Source of the DNA: the human T2T-CHM13v2.0 reference genome, Homo sapiens
Assembly: GCF_009914755.1 (NCBI RefSeq)
Contig: NC_060928.1
DNA: 64,000 bases
Direction: 5' to 3' (one strand)
A program made the position numbers and the translations under genes. Under the pieces are notes generated by a model. The model did no database searches. It saw nothing but the letters and a program-made list of their open reading frames with translations, and had not been told where the DNA came from. Below, in pieces: positions 13,088-28,345 of the stretch (position 1 is the first letter of the stretch; the number at the start of each line of letters is the position of its first letter).

Positions 13088-14675
13088 TTTTTTTTCCATT
13101 TTCTTTTATATATATATATTTAATTATACTTTAAGTTCTAGCATACATGTGCACAACCTGCAGGTTTGTTACATATGTACACATGTGCCATGTTGGTATG
13201 CTGCACCCATTAACTCGTCATTTACATTAGGTATATCTCCTAATGCTATCCCTCCCCCCTCCCCCCACCCCACAACAGGCCCTGGTGTGTGATGTTCCCC
13301 TTCCTGTGTCCAAGTGTTCTCATTGTTCAATTCCCACCTATGAGTGAGAACATGCGGTGTATGGTTTTTTGTCCTTGTGATAGTTTGCTGAGAATGATGG
13401 TTTCCAGCTTCATCCATGTCCCTGCAAAGGACATGAACTCATCATTTTTTATGGCTGCGTAGTACTCCATGGTGTATATGTGCCACATTTTCTTAATCCA
13501 GTCTATCATTGTTGGACATATAGGTTGGTTCCAAGTCTTTGCTATTGTGAATAGTGCCGCAATAAACATACGTGTGCATGTATCTTTATGGCAGCATGAT
13601 TTATATTCCTTTGGGTATATACCCAGTAATGGGATGGCCAGGTCAAATGGTATTTCTAGTTCTAGATCCCTGAGGAATCGCCACACTGTCTTCCACAATG
13701 GTTGAACTAGTTTACAGTCCCACCAACAGTGTAAAATGTTCCTATTTCTCCACATCCTCTCCAGCACCTGTTGTTTCCTGACTTTTTAATGATTGCCATT
13801 CTAACTGGTGTGAGATGGTATCTCATTGTGGTTTTGATTTGCATTTCTCTGATGGCCAGTGATGATGAGCATTTTTTCATGTGTCTTTTGGCTGCATAAA
13901 TGTCTTCTTTTGAGAAGTGTCTGTTCACATCCTTTGCCCACTTTTTGATAGGATTGTTTGTTTTTTTCTTATAAATTTGTTTGAGTTCTTTGTAGATTCT
14001 GGATATTAGCCCTTTGTCAGATGAGTAGATTGCAAAAATTTCTCCCATTCTGTAGGTTGCCTGTTCACTCTGATGGTAGTTTCTTTTGCTGTGCAGAAGT
14101 TTTTAGTTTATTTAGATCCCATTTGTCAATTTTGGCTTTTGTTGCCATAGCTTTTGGTATTTTAGACATGAAGTCCTTGCCCATGCCTATGTCCTGAATG
14201 GTATTGCTAGGTTTTCTTCTAGGGTTTTTATGGTTTTAGGTCTAACATTTAAGTCTTTAATCCATCCTGAATTAATTTTTGTATAAGGTGTAAGGAAGGG
14301 ATCCAGTTTCAGCTTTCTACATATGGCTAGCCAGTTTTCCCAGCACCATTTGTTAAATAGGGAATCCATTCCCCATTTCTTGTTTTTGTCAGGTTTGTCC
14401 AAGATCAGGTAGTTGTAGATGTGTGGTATTATTTCTGAGGGCTCTTTCTGTTCCATTGGTCTATATCTCTGTTTTGGTACCAGTACCATGCTGTTTTGGT
14501 TACTGTAGCCTTGTAGTATAGTTTGAAGTCAGGTAATGTGATGCCTCCAGCTTTGTTCTTTTGGCTTAGGATTGACTTGGCAATGAGGGCTCTTTTTTGG
14601 TTCCATATGAACTTTAAAGCAGTTTTTTCCCATTCAGTGAAGAAAGTCTTTGGTAGCTTGATGGAGATGGCATTG
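13088..14675 (-). mobile_element. 5'-truncated L1PA (about PA4-5): ORF2 C-terminus and 3' UTR
   Basis: Track ORFs give L1 ORF2p peptides ([42 protein letters not shown]) split by frameshifts; G-rich 3' UTR and poly(A). Confidence 0.97.
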
Positions 14676-16849
14676 CTGCTGTATTTGTTGACTTCTTCTT
14701 TCCCTGAAACTTTACATAAGAGATAATCAATTTACAGATTTTTCCTTATTTTTCTTATTTTCCCCAGTGTGAGATATTTGAGCAGCATCATTCTTATTTC
14801 TTAGATTTGGTGGGAGGAGGTTGTTTAGGTGCGGCAAGTGATTAATATATAATGTGACAATAAAAAGCCTCCTTTCATGGTTATGTCCACTTGCACCACT
14901 TGCAAAACTGTATTTTATTTTGAATTATATATTGAATGACTAGGACAATTATACAGAGAATCTCTGCAGACTTTGATGCATTATCCTTTGAGTATCTGAG
15001 GAATCCTTGGAGTAGCTGAGGATGAGTAGCAACACAGCTGCATTTAGATGCTAATGTTAGTACTTTGTACATAAAAAACAGAAAAATGATGCAACCACAT
15101 TTGAGAGCAAATTCGGTTCTAGACTCCACTGAGCAATTTGTAACAATAGTAGGTCTTTGCAGAAGCTCTGGAATGGAGAGAAGTGTGGAGCTTGGGAAAG
15201 GATGAGAAGGATTAAGATGAGGCAGAGGCTGGAACTGTGACAAGGCTTTCAGCAGGTAAATCTCTCAATTCTGTGAGTTCAGTGAGGTGCAAGAAAGACC
15301 AGATGTGAAGTGCTGGAAGTGCTAGCTAATCTTGTGGCTAAATGCAGAAGGAAGAAAATTTTCTCTTAAGAACCAGAGATAAGCAGTTGCTAAGCCTATC
15401 ACATCTTTCAGATGATATTAACTGGTGGCAATAATGTATTTCGTGCTGTTGTATATGAGTCAGAAACCTCAGTATAGACGACGATACACAGTAATTTTTC
15501 CCAAACATTATAATATTCAAATGGCTATAATTATGAAAATCCATCTTCTTAGCATTGAAAAAGAAATCCTTTATGATCAACAAAGTTGCTTCATGGTCAA
15601 ACTAGATTTTAATTTGTAATATTAGGAGCAATAAAGTAATTTTCTCTATGTGTAATTAATATAATTTTGTCCCAATTATTTGTAATTTATTTTTAGTATA
15701 GTTTTGTCACAAATTACAGTATTCTAATTTTACTTTTGAAATTATTTTCCTGTCTTTATTTGTGTATAATTAACTGAATTATAATGAAGCTAAACGTGTA
15801 CAGAGAGAAAAGAGTTCTTTTGTTTAGAAAATTTCCAGCAGGCTTGACAATATAAACTTTGTAATTTAAGGCCTCAAGCAGGGAGAGGGAGGCATTACAC
15901 AAATGCATTGTGTGTTTTTTCCAACAAATATCCAAATAATTTTAAATGTAGTTACTATAATTTACCAATGGCTGGTTTAAAAAGTTTTCATAGTAAAACT
16001 GTGTCACTTTTTATGTCATATCAAAGTAAACAGAAACGGAAAAACCAACCCACCAGTAAATTGCTAATGGGTTAAGAGGAATTTAAGCATATGTATGCTC
16101 TGTATGCTGCAATGAAATATTGGTCTAAGCGGTCATTTGATTAGCTGGCACTTTTTCAATAACCTTTATAAAGCTCCCAGCAATCTTCAGTCAATGAATT
16201 TATCCAACAAGGTAGATATGTCTTTGAAGTGTTCAATCTGGCCATTACATAAAAGGAAGTAGCAATTATTAGAATCTGATTGTTTGGATATGTGATTCAG
16301 ACCATGATCAAAGCTGTTCATTACTCTCAGGGTATGTGATGCAGAGCATTCAAAAGCTCTTCATTACTCAGGAAACACCTTCTTTGGCTTTGAAGTTTGA
16401 CTTTTTTATCTTTTAACCAAAATTGCACCAGATATGCATTCATATAGAATAGTCAATTCCCATCGTCATTCTACTGTGGTAGAAGGCTAACCAAAATAAT
16501 ATTCCACGGGTACCTATGATATTTCAATGATGCATGTGCAAATAACCTTTTGCATTTCTGTGGTATCATTTCTCCAAGGGGCTCAAAGCACTTAATAGGG
16601 CTATTAAATCCTCCCAACCTGACCTTTGAGGAAGAAGTAGAGATCTCTGACAACATAATTCACATGCAGTTACATATACTGAAGACCAAGTCTTGCCTCT
16701 TATAAAGTTACTGTATATAATAAGACTCCAAAAATAGTATTGACTGTTAATACAGGTATTGATAGATCTGCTCAATTTGCTCAATATCTATCTGTTGAAA
16801 GCACAGACTGAGACACTGTTTGACATACTTAATATCTATGCTCTGACAC

Positions 16850-17080
16850 TATGATAATAGCTGCCACTTACTGAGTGCCTATCATGAATGATTCATTGGG
16901 CTAAATATTTTTATGCATTCCTTATAATTTCTCACAATTAGCATTTGATATAAATGTATGTATGAGAAGCTTCAGGTTTATGGAGTAGGCTGCCAGAATT
17001 CTCATAGCTGAGAAGTGTTGTTGGTGCTGGAAATTAAATCCAGTTATACCCAGTTCTAGAACTGTTGCTTTATCATTATC
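16850..17080 (-). mobile_element. MIR
   Basis: ATAATAGCTGCCACTTACTGAGTGCCTA and a degraded core. Confidence 0.65.
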
Positions 17081-18917
17081 TCAAGCAGTTCTCTTTTGAT
17101 GAAAAAATCACCTCCTTAAATTAAGATTATCATTCACACTGACAAAACTGATTTTTCTCAAAGCCTTCATCAAATAATACTAAGCAAATTATTGAACGTT
17201 AGGGCTGCAAAACATATTGAAGTCATTATTTCAGAGATGAGACTTTAAAAAAGACTAAAAAATAAATCAAAAGGTACTACCTCTTACATAAATAATATCT
17301 TAGCTATATATTGATATAACAACAATATAATAATATAATGACATCATCTATCTATCTACCTATCTACCTAGACTTATTAAAGTTAATATTATTTATTCAG
17401 GGACTTTGACTATAGATTTAAACATGAAAGTACATAATCCAAAGCTTGGGACACTCCACTGGTATAAGAGAATAGAAGTTATGATTTTGATTTTAGTATC
17501 CTCAGTGAAGTAAATAAGGACAATAGAAGTTACTAATCTTCTTTTAAGTTACTAATTATGAATACAAATTGTAAAGATCCTTGACTTTCCCTATAGAGTG
17601 TGTTCACTTCCATCTTAATGTAGGTAATGTCTGCCTTCAACTGACATCAAACAAATTTAAATATTTCAGCCAAATGAATATATTTAAGTCAAAACTACAT
17701 ACATGGGCCTTGTGGGTAATTCTCTACAATTATCATGAACACAATTAGCATGTACACAATATCATGTGTGCAATAAATATCAGTACAACAATTGTTTCAA
17801 AACACCTGGTTATATGTAGTGGCTTAAAAGCTTTCACAGTCAAGGTGCCATTCAGTTTATGTTGATATTGAAATGTGAGATCCATTTCTAAAATACATGA
17901 GAACTTTCAGTAGGATTATTAAGTAAATATCATTACCATCATTTAAGTGACGGTAAAATACAAACCTATTGTTCTGATTAACACTATAAAATATTAGTAA
18001 CTACACAATATGGCAAATATTCAAATTTTGGTAAGAATATAACCATCTTCCATCTTGAATTACTTGACATTTAAAATAAAACTCACATTTACTCGTATTT
18101 TTTATATATCTATCTGAATACTGATCTATTTACTTATCTACATTTATATCTTTTCTGTTTTAAGATATTGCTAAATGTGAGAATTTTTCAAATTATCATT
18201 TTCATATTTATTCTTTGGAACTACAATTTTTTTAGTGTTTATTGTTTTTGTTATTATTTGTATGGAGATATTAATATCCATATTGAGGAGTACCAAATAT
18301 AAAGAGAGATTATTAGTTTATAAAATCACTAAATTTCTATTTAAAGTGTCTAGTCAACTTGATGGCAGAAAACATAATCTTTGTTGATTTCACAAAATCT
18401 TAGTCAATTCAGAATTTCCTTCTCTGTTTTTTTTTGTTTGGAGTGGCATCTACATTTCAAGGGATAGGGCATTAAGGTCAGGAGCGTCGTGTAGCTTTTA
18501 AATGACTCCAAAAACTTACAAAATTTGCTACATGAATAACATATATTTTTGCCATGATAAAATCATGGAGTGTGATCCCTCTTTTCATGAGAATGTATGT
18601 CACACCTCAACAGAATACATGTGTTTGTTATTGGCCTCAGCTACTAGACTCCAAAACACATACAAACCCAACATTTGACAGACACATTGAGAGCATAGGC
18701 TGTGGCAGGGCTACACATCGCCAGCCTTTGAGCTATTCGCTGAAGCCTTGCTTGCCAACCCTGGTACCACTGATTAGTGTCAATGAACTTTGTGTATCCT
18801 TGCAGATGTCGATTTTGTTCATCAAACCGTGTCTTCCAAGAACCTTTCATAAAAAGGTACTTCTCAGATTTCGATTAGACTTTATATCTACAGGGGTCCG
18901 CTTTCATCCTAATTGAG

Positions 18918-19006
18918 CAACTAAACTTTGATTATTTGACTCTAAGGAAAATTGAAACTTGAACAACTAGACTTTGATAATTTGACTCTAGAGAAAATTA
19001 GAACTC
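18918..19006. repeat. Diverged tandem duplication, period about 46 bp
   Basis: CAACTA(A/G)ACTTTGAT(T/A)ATTTGACTCTA..GAAAATT occurs twice. Confidence 0.85.
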
Positions 19007-20303
19007 ACCTGCTATTTGTCTAATGTATCTTGTCTACCTAGTGTAGTCCCTGTGAAATTTGTTCTGATTATTCTCCATCTCTTTGAGCATAAAAAAAAAA
19101 AGAATCTCTTTGTATGGCAATTAACTGTGATTTTTGAACTCCGATCACAAATAGGATAAGATTTTACAAATTTCATTATCTCCTCATTTTAACCATACAA
19201 ACAAGGAGTCATTCACCATTGTTTGATGTCTGTCTAAGCAGGCATTTGTTGCAAATTATTCATACCATTCATGCTATCTTTGTACTTTCTCATTGGAACC
19301 CTTTAGGGTATCCTTGTTCCAAGTTGTTTGGTCTACACTGATTTCTACTGCAATGAATTCTCATCATAGTCATTAAACAGTTTGGGTTCTCCTTTACTTC
19401 TTAATAATTGCATAAATATTTCTTTTAAAAAAGAGAATTTAGTTATTTTCAAGAATTAGAGGGCCCAGAAAATACTTAATGGGATGCTTCAAATACAACT
19501 TACAGCCGAATCTAATCTTCTGCTAATACACCACATTGATTGGTGGGGATAGGACATTATCTTCCTTGCCAAGTCCTATCTGAGAAATAAGGCACACATT
19601 TGTTCAATTCCTCAGTACCCGAACTTATCCATGGTTTTATCACTACCACCTTCACAGTTTTGTTCCGAGAGGACTAGGGTGTTGGGATTGTTCGAAGCCT
19701 CACTTCAGAACTAAAGTCTTCAGATTTATTTCTGATTTTATTCCTTTCTCAGCCCACAGGAGAGAAAAAGAAAATCAACAAGACAAGAGGTTAGGCAAGT
19801 ATTCTACCAAAACTGCTATTTATAGGAGGTCCTTGACATTGGAATCTAGAAAGCCACAATATGGCTTGATTTTTGTTTGCTTGCTTCTGGCTTCGCTTTG
19901 AGTTATGCTCTAACCTCTCTGCAGATTGTGGGCCAAGTTATAGTTGGAATGGTTGAAGACAGCAGAATATATAAAGGGAGTAGTAAAAGATAACACAGAC
20001 AAGAAAATACATATATCTACATTAGTTAATGCTGCAAAACTTTATCTTACCTTATAATCCTTGAATTAAATATACTTTTTTATATTTATAGCTACTCATA
20101 ATACATTTCCCACCTTCACAGTAACTCTTTGAGAAACTCGAGACATGATCAAGTTGTTACATTTTATCTACAAGAAAAATTTGTTATTGAAATTTGAGTG
20201 ATTCCATTACATTCATTTAGCTAGTTTGTGCCCCTGAGAACAAATACCATTGTTATTCCAATATTCCAAACTTCAAGAAAAATTACAAAATTAGCATTAA
20301 CAT

Positions 20304-20717
<414 letters not shown>

Positions 20718-21659
20718 TCATATCTCATTATATCTAGAAAAAAAGATAGTTTTTTAAAATTAGAAACATTATTTTGAACATCAAGATATAGTTTTCTGAT
20801 TCAATTGAAAATTTTTTAATCCAAGTTTTCTACTTAATAGAATTCCAACTATTACAAAATAAAATTTAATCATTAAAATTTTCTCTATGATACTTTTTAT
20901 TGCTCAAATTGTTCATTTTTACTTTCATTTATATTTGGGTATATAGATAACTCTTCATGTTAGAAAAATTATGTAAGATTTTACCTACTTAAAGTTTTAC
21001 TGTGCTGCAGACATTAAAACTGACATCAATTTTAGCAAAATTCAACTATAATTTTTTTCACATTAACTTCAATCAATTTAGAGTTAGTGGTTTAGAATTT
21101 AATAATGATAATATTGGAGCAATCACTATAGGAAGCCATCAAATTGTCCTTGAAAAAACTTATGTTGCAGTTATTTTGGCATGTTATCTCAGTAAGGCTC
21201 CCCATATTCATTCTTCCCAAACAGGTAGATTGATTGGATATGTAAGTGAATCATTAATGACAAGTAGCTTAATTAGCATACAGAAAAAAATTTAACATAT
21301 TTTGAGCACATATACATGGCTCTTATTTGACGGTACTACAGATTACTTGTACCATGCTTTTACTGTATTCAGAATTATTATACGACTCTCTTCTGATACC
21401 ACTATATTTGTTTATGCCCTCCATTTTTTGAATAAACAATTCATATGCTCCTTTAATGTGTCAATAAAATGAATACAATTGGACAAACTTCACTATTTTC
21501 ATCTCTCAAAACAAAACCTTGTTATAAAAAATAAAAATTTAAATCTTTTCTTGTGTACAAATAAGGCTATAAGATTGTATCAGCATTTGGTGAGCCAGAA
21601 TATATATACTTTTTAGATAATATGTTACCATTCCATAGCCCTACCTAAAAAGCATGTAT

Positions 21660-23230
21660 GTAAAAGTCAAAGTACACAAAGGCAATTGATGTTTTAGTCA
21701 ATTGCATTCCTATATGCCAGTAATGAACAAGTAAAATTTAAATTAAAAAATTATTAGCTCAGAGAAATTATATTGCCTACTTTTAAGAACTATCATAAAG
21801 CTGTAGTAATCAACACAGTGTAGTAATGGTAAATGATAGACATAGATCAATGAAATGGAATAGATAGCACAAAAATAAACCCGTACAAATACAGTCAAAT
21901 GATTATTCACAAAGATGCAAAGTTGTCTCAAGTAGAGAATAAGTATTTTCTCAATAAATTCAACAAATAGTGCTAGAACAATTGTACATTTCCAAACGTC
22001 ACCAAAAAAAGGAAAATGGATCTTAACAAAATGAATCTACAATTTTATCTGAAATGATTTTAGATTCATTATGGAAACTTTACATTTATTTTGCTAAGAG
22101 AAAGATGTCAGACCCAAAGGGTGACATGTTACAAGAATTAATTCATATGATATTATTGAAAGAGTAAAATTATATAAATAGGAATCAAATCATTGGTTAC
22201 CAGAGAGAACTGGAAAGTAGTTGACTAAGAGGACACACACACTAATTTTGGGGATAATGAAACTATTCTCTAACGGTTCTGAGGTGGTGAACGTTTATGA
22301 GTGTGGAAAAATCTGTAGAACTGTACATTATAAAGCAGGAACTTCAATGTATACAACTTACATGCATACAGACACACACTTGCACACACGTCCACACACA
22401 ACCAGAGGTTCAAAGATCTCAGCGAAGAATGCAGACTTTCAGACTTTAGACAAAAGCATCTAATTCTATCACAAATAACTTCACTGAAGGGGTGAGTAAA
22501 AACAGGAACTGATTTAAGTACTTTTGAATTATGATATTTTCACTGCAAACTGTACAATTAAAGACAAAACAAGCTGTAAATAAATGCTATATTCTGCTTG
22601 CTAAAAATATTTCTCAAATTGGTATGGGTTAATAATTCTGAAATTCCTTTCCATGTATACTGGGGTTGAACAAACAAGTAAATAAATGGTGGATGGCGAA
22701 TAGCTAGAGCCAAGTTTCTCACTGTTGGACAGTGAAGTTACAAAGAAGAAAGGGGAAGACTGGAATAAATTGTATTCTATTGAATTAGCATTGGAGATAT
22801 CAGTAGGGGTTATTTTTAGCTTAAAACTACATACATACCTATACAATTTATATATATATGGACAGAGAAATAATTGTAAATATATAATTATACATAAATT
22901 TGAATAGATTTATACAGCTTAGAATATATATTATATTATTATATTTTATATTTATGAATATTATAAAATATATAGATATGTGTATTTTTATAATATATAT
23001 TATATTAGGATACATATATATAGAGAGAGAGAGAGAGGCAGAGAGACAGAGAGAGAGAGAGGGAGACAGAGCTGGCACCACTAAAAGTGGTGACATCCTA
23101 GTAGCTACAATCACCAGTACTTGTCTTCTAATGCTATTTTCCAATAAACAAAACAAAAACTTCTTGAAGGAATGGTAATTTTTAGGATTAGGACAGGGCA
23201 ACTACAAAATGAGCTTTGAGTCTCTTTGAT
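21660..23230 (+). mobile_element. Old L1MC/MD/ME fragments with internal AT-rich and (GA)n tracts
   Basis: ATAAAGCTGTAGTAATCAACACAGTGT, GACATAGATCAATGAAATGGAATAG, GCCAAGTTTCTCACTGTTGG. Confidence 0.7.
22840..23070. repeat. (TA)-rich low complexity followed by (GA)n
   Basis: Directly visible. Confidence 0.9.
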
Positions 23231-25424
23231 TATATTTCACAAAAATGATTATTTAAATGTGTTCAGGATTTGAATTCATACTCTAAAAACATTTTCAGAG
23301 TGATTAATAAGACATCTGAAGTACATTAATTATTTCTTTAGATACTAGTACAGTTGACAGCTTTGAACTGATTCATTGTTTGGTTGGTTGTTTTTATTCT
23401 GATAATGAAGAGTTTCAGCATCACCACCATAATATTGCCCACAGGAGCATTAACTATACAGATAATAGTTCATTCAGCTATTTTTCTCTTACGTATTAGA
23501 TATCACCTTATATTATGTCTTAGGGAATATTGTTATGACTCTGTAAACTTGGCAAAAATGTCTTTTATTTGCTTTCAGAACATCTATACTTCATGTAACT
23601 GATCACTTTGTACTCTCATTAATACGTCTCCTTCAACAGACTATAAATTTTGCTACATGAAAACAATTCATGTCTGTCAATAGATTCCTAGTGAGCAGCT
23701 CAGTTCTGGGTACATAACTTACATCACAAATATATTTTAATGAATTAATGCTTAATAGTTCAAACATGCATGTGTTTATATCCAGAATGTAGCACTAATC
23801 ATTCTGACTGCCTTAGATGTCAAACCAATTAATTGCTCAAATGATTAGAAATTAGCAAATCGAATTTAAAACTGTATTAATGGAAAATATTTTAAAACTA
23901 CAAAATGGTTATCTAAACATCCTTTAGAACATTTCTATAAATAGTGCTCCATATGGTATTCAATTAGAATATCTTCCCCTCTGAGAACACAAGGCGCATT
24001 CTAGCAACAAGGTCCCTTTCTGTGCTATTAAATGAGGGACATGACACTCTTCTTGTGAAATACCCAGCTCCCTTCATTCTCTCTTACGTTAGTAATTCAG
24101 AGCAAACTATTTTCTTTTTACTTAAAAAATATTTCCCAAGTGCTTTAGAAAATGCAATGTATTCCTCCCATTGAATTTATTAGATTTATTAGATACAGAT
24201 TTATTACACCTTTAGTAATCAAAAGGAAACAAAGAGAAAGGTACAAGACCATATAAGGAATGGAAAGAAGTCTCAAAATTGGTGAGCACATAACTGTTGA
24301 CAATTTATATATAGCTGTTTTTAGTAAGTTTGACTCACAAATACATCTTCAGGTGCGGTAAGCAAAAACCAGAAATGCATATTTGGAACTTTAGAAAGAC
24401 AGTGGAGCTTCAGAAATAATTCCAAGAATTATTACTATTAATAATATCTGCAACAATAATGACAGTTAATATCCTCTACAAATGCACTATGTATACCAGA
24501 AACTGTGCAATTAACATTACCTAGAGAATGTTATTTACTGAGCATAACTTTTTTGAGTTACACGTAATTGCACTGATTTTACAGTTTAACAAGGAAGAGA
24601 ATCCCTGAAAAGAAAACATGGAGGCTAGGAAAAGAACTTTGGGAATCTCAATGACTTTAAACAATCTAAGCCTCTCAGATGTGATGAGTAAAGATTCATG
24701 AAGATTTGTCTAAAGCATCATATGGTACCAGGAATTAAAGAGGGTGTGAGGATGTGGAAAAGAAAGTATTTAAGACTGTGTCAGGAATTTATGAGTGTGG
24801 TTTTAAAGGGAATCAGAGGTAAGAAAATGTTGAAACTGTGAAAAACAGAAGGTGCCTGTCTTAACTCATCTCAGGATCTGACCCAAAGTAGATTCTCAGC
24901 TATGATTTGTTAAATGAAAACCTATATGAAATGTATTCAGAAAGATCCCTGGGGAGAATTAAAAGAAAAGATTTAAAAAAAATAGGTGAGAAGGCTAACC
25001 TTGGAAATATGTAGATGCGTTTTTTTTTCTATAACTTACATTTTAAAAAATCTGCTAAGAGCTAGTAAAAATAGCCACTTGGAGAGGAAAAAGTAAAACG
25101 AAAATTGAGGAAGTTCATTATTGACTGGTCTTGCATCTTGGGAAAGTAGGTGGCTAAGCCTGAGAGGGTGAGAGCTGTAACAATGGGAGGAGGGCTTGAC
25201 AAGAGTGAAGGATTTGCCTTGGTACAGTGGCACTCTGGAAAATGGAATAGGCAGGCAATAAGAGATAAAATATTCATGAAAATTACATGGCATACGGGAA
25301 TATCTTAAACAAATTAGACACCAGAAATTAGCAGGTGCACTAGAGGAGATTGAAAAAATACTAGATGAACAGCTGGGGCTAAGTCTGTGTGCACCAGAAA
25401 ATAGGCTGGAGAATATTTTCCTAA

Positions 25425-25592
25425 AATATCATCATAGCTAACTGGATTAAAATCACCTGAGGGGCTTGTTAAAAATGAAAATTCTTAGGCCACAAGGCAG
25501 TCTTTCTGAATCAGAAGCTCTGCAGGTGGGCCCTACAATCTGTAATTTAACAACTCCGGGAGTCAAATTTATGCACATTAAAGTGATATACT
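25425..25592. mobile_element. MER5A (hAT-Charlie MITE)
   Basis: AATCACCTGAGGGGCTTGTTAAAAATG...CTGAATCAGAAGCTCTG. Confidence 0.75.
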
Positions 25593-26614
25593 ACATTAGG
25601 AGAAAAGAGAGCATGAGAGAGCACACGGGAGGGAGGGATAGAGAAAGAGAGTGAGAGTATGTGTGTGACAGAGAGAAAGAAGACATTGTAAAGGCACAGG
25701 TGTTTTTCTATGGCTAAAATGAGGTAGGAAGTTTACCATAAAGTGGGATGTAGAAAAGATTCTACCTGTGTTAACCATTTGGATGATTAGGAGACACAGT
25801 TTTGATATAGCTGAACAACTGAAACTTAATTACTCTGGCTTAGTTAGAAATACAAGTCTAATTCTGTCATAGGTAGGGGGACATACAGTTATCAGAACGG
25901 TTGTGTTAATGGCAGATTTTTAGAAACTTCTTCTTTCATAGAGACCTGAAACTTCTTGTCCCTCTATATAAATAATTTATTTCTTATGGAAATAAAATTC
26001 TTAATAATTGTTACTGTTCTATTTCTTAAAGAAGCATCACAGACATCACTTCTTTAATCTGTGTGTTTCCCCATGTTTTCACTTATGGAGTGATAAATAA
26101 GTTTACATATTTGAATATACATATTTCTATATTTCCTTCCTTTGTTCTTTGGTTCAGAAGCCTGTAACTTCATTATATTAAATATATATTTCCATATCTA
26201 TTTAGTAAAAGCTTGGTATTTTTGTTACACCTCGGAATGTATTCATTGGCAGTGTTAATGGCATTAATCAATGGGCTGAGTAAAACCCATTATCAGGAAA
26301 GAATCACTTTCCCCATCAGCCTCAGGAAAGTTTGTTCATAGAGTTGAGGGCATTCCCTATAATTCTCAGGGAATATGGCTTATAATTTCCTACAGAGGGT
26401 TATCTGTAGACTGTGACATTTTGTATTCCTTTACCCTCATCATTTGTCTATCTCCAAAACAAGTGAGTCGTGCAAACTCAGGACCCAGAGATACTGACAC
26501 AAATGCTGCTCTTCATATGAAATCATAAGGTTAAAATAAACACAAATAAAATATTTATGTTGTTGGACATTGATTTTAACATAGAAAAAATGACATGGAG
26601 AACACTTCAATTGA

Positions 26615-26972
<358 letters not shown>

Positions 26973-28099
26973 TGAAATTAAGAGTTGAATTGTAAGCAGA
27001 TTTGAATACGGGAATTACCACTCAGAATTTATGTAGACCACAAAACAAAGTGACATTAAATATTAAATAGTAACACCAGTAATTCACTGTAGTTTAAATC
27101 AATATAATTAGATAGAATATAGGCTTTTGGAACTAGTAGAAATAATAATAAGTCAAACAATAAAGCAGTGTCATAAGTATTTTTTAATATGGTACTTTAA
27201 TCCTCAAATTCAGCCTAAGAGGGGTTTTACATTGTTTGCACTTAGAATCAGTAGGAGGAGACCAATGATTAAAAGTCTCCTCTCCTTGTCTGAGGAGAAA
27301 AACATAGTGCCTTTAGTGGGCATAGTATTTAACCAGGAGGGGCTGGGAGAGAGAAAGCACATGGTAGCGTGGGCAGACCTGTGATGTCTACTTCAAAGTC
27401 GAAAGGAATCTGTACTACATAACACAAATTCAAACCCTTAATAATTATAGAGTTATACTGATGTACATACATGTTATTATATATATACCCACATGTATAT
27501 ATGCATATGTACAATTATAATCAGTATATCATTTTTACTTTGACAAGTTTCATTCAAAATTAAAAAGAAAAATTTATAATTAGATTATTTAAATTCAATT
27601 ATTTAAAAGACTTCTTGTGATACTCTTTCTCAATCAGTAACATTAGGTAACAGTAAAAACAATGGAGCCATATAAGCTGGTCTGTTTATTCCTCTCTGCT
27701 TGTAAAATATTTGGTAGCTTTTAATGTCAATTACCAATTGTATCTACTAAACAGGAGCTAGGTGACTAGCACCATGGAAAGCAAATAAGACAAAAACAAA
27801 TACAACAGTGTGAAATATTTTCTAAAAACATGTTTTTCCTGTTATTCTGATGAAATTAATTGTTAAAAGAAGACATTAGTATTTTCTTTGTCATTTTTAA
27901 GTCAACCATTTCATAATTCAATACTGCAGAAGTTTCCATTGTCAAAGATTTATTCAGATATTCAGATGATTAGAGACTTTAGTTCTTCAACGATTTCACT
28001 GCATTTTCGTATACTGAATTAATAACATAACTGTCTTTTTATAAACAGATCTAGCAGCTTAGTGTGAACTAACAGAATTTCAATTTAAGTTGTCCAGTA

Positions 28100-28345
28100 T
28101 TGTTACTGCTTATAATAATTTTTTAAGAATATTAGTTTTGTGTCAGGTTGTGAGCTAGATACAGAATGTGCATTTAACCCTCACAACAATTTCATCAGGT
28201 GGCCTTAAGTCTTTCTCTATTGCACAGATGTGGCATCAGAGGCACAGAAATATTAGTAATAATTGAGAATTCATACAACTTGTTTAGAAACATAGATCTA
28301 CATACCTTAGAGAACAGTTTTGGCTTTTTTAAAGCCCACATTCTA
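28100..28345 (-). mobile_element. MIR
   Basis: CATTTAACCCTCACAACAA...ACAGATGTGGCATCAGAGGCACAGA. Confidence 0.65.

Noticed and set aside
13169-14489. Cluster of ORFs with strong protein similarity
   Set aside because: Frameshifted L1 ORF2 C-terminus of a truncated, inactive element
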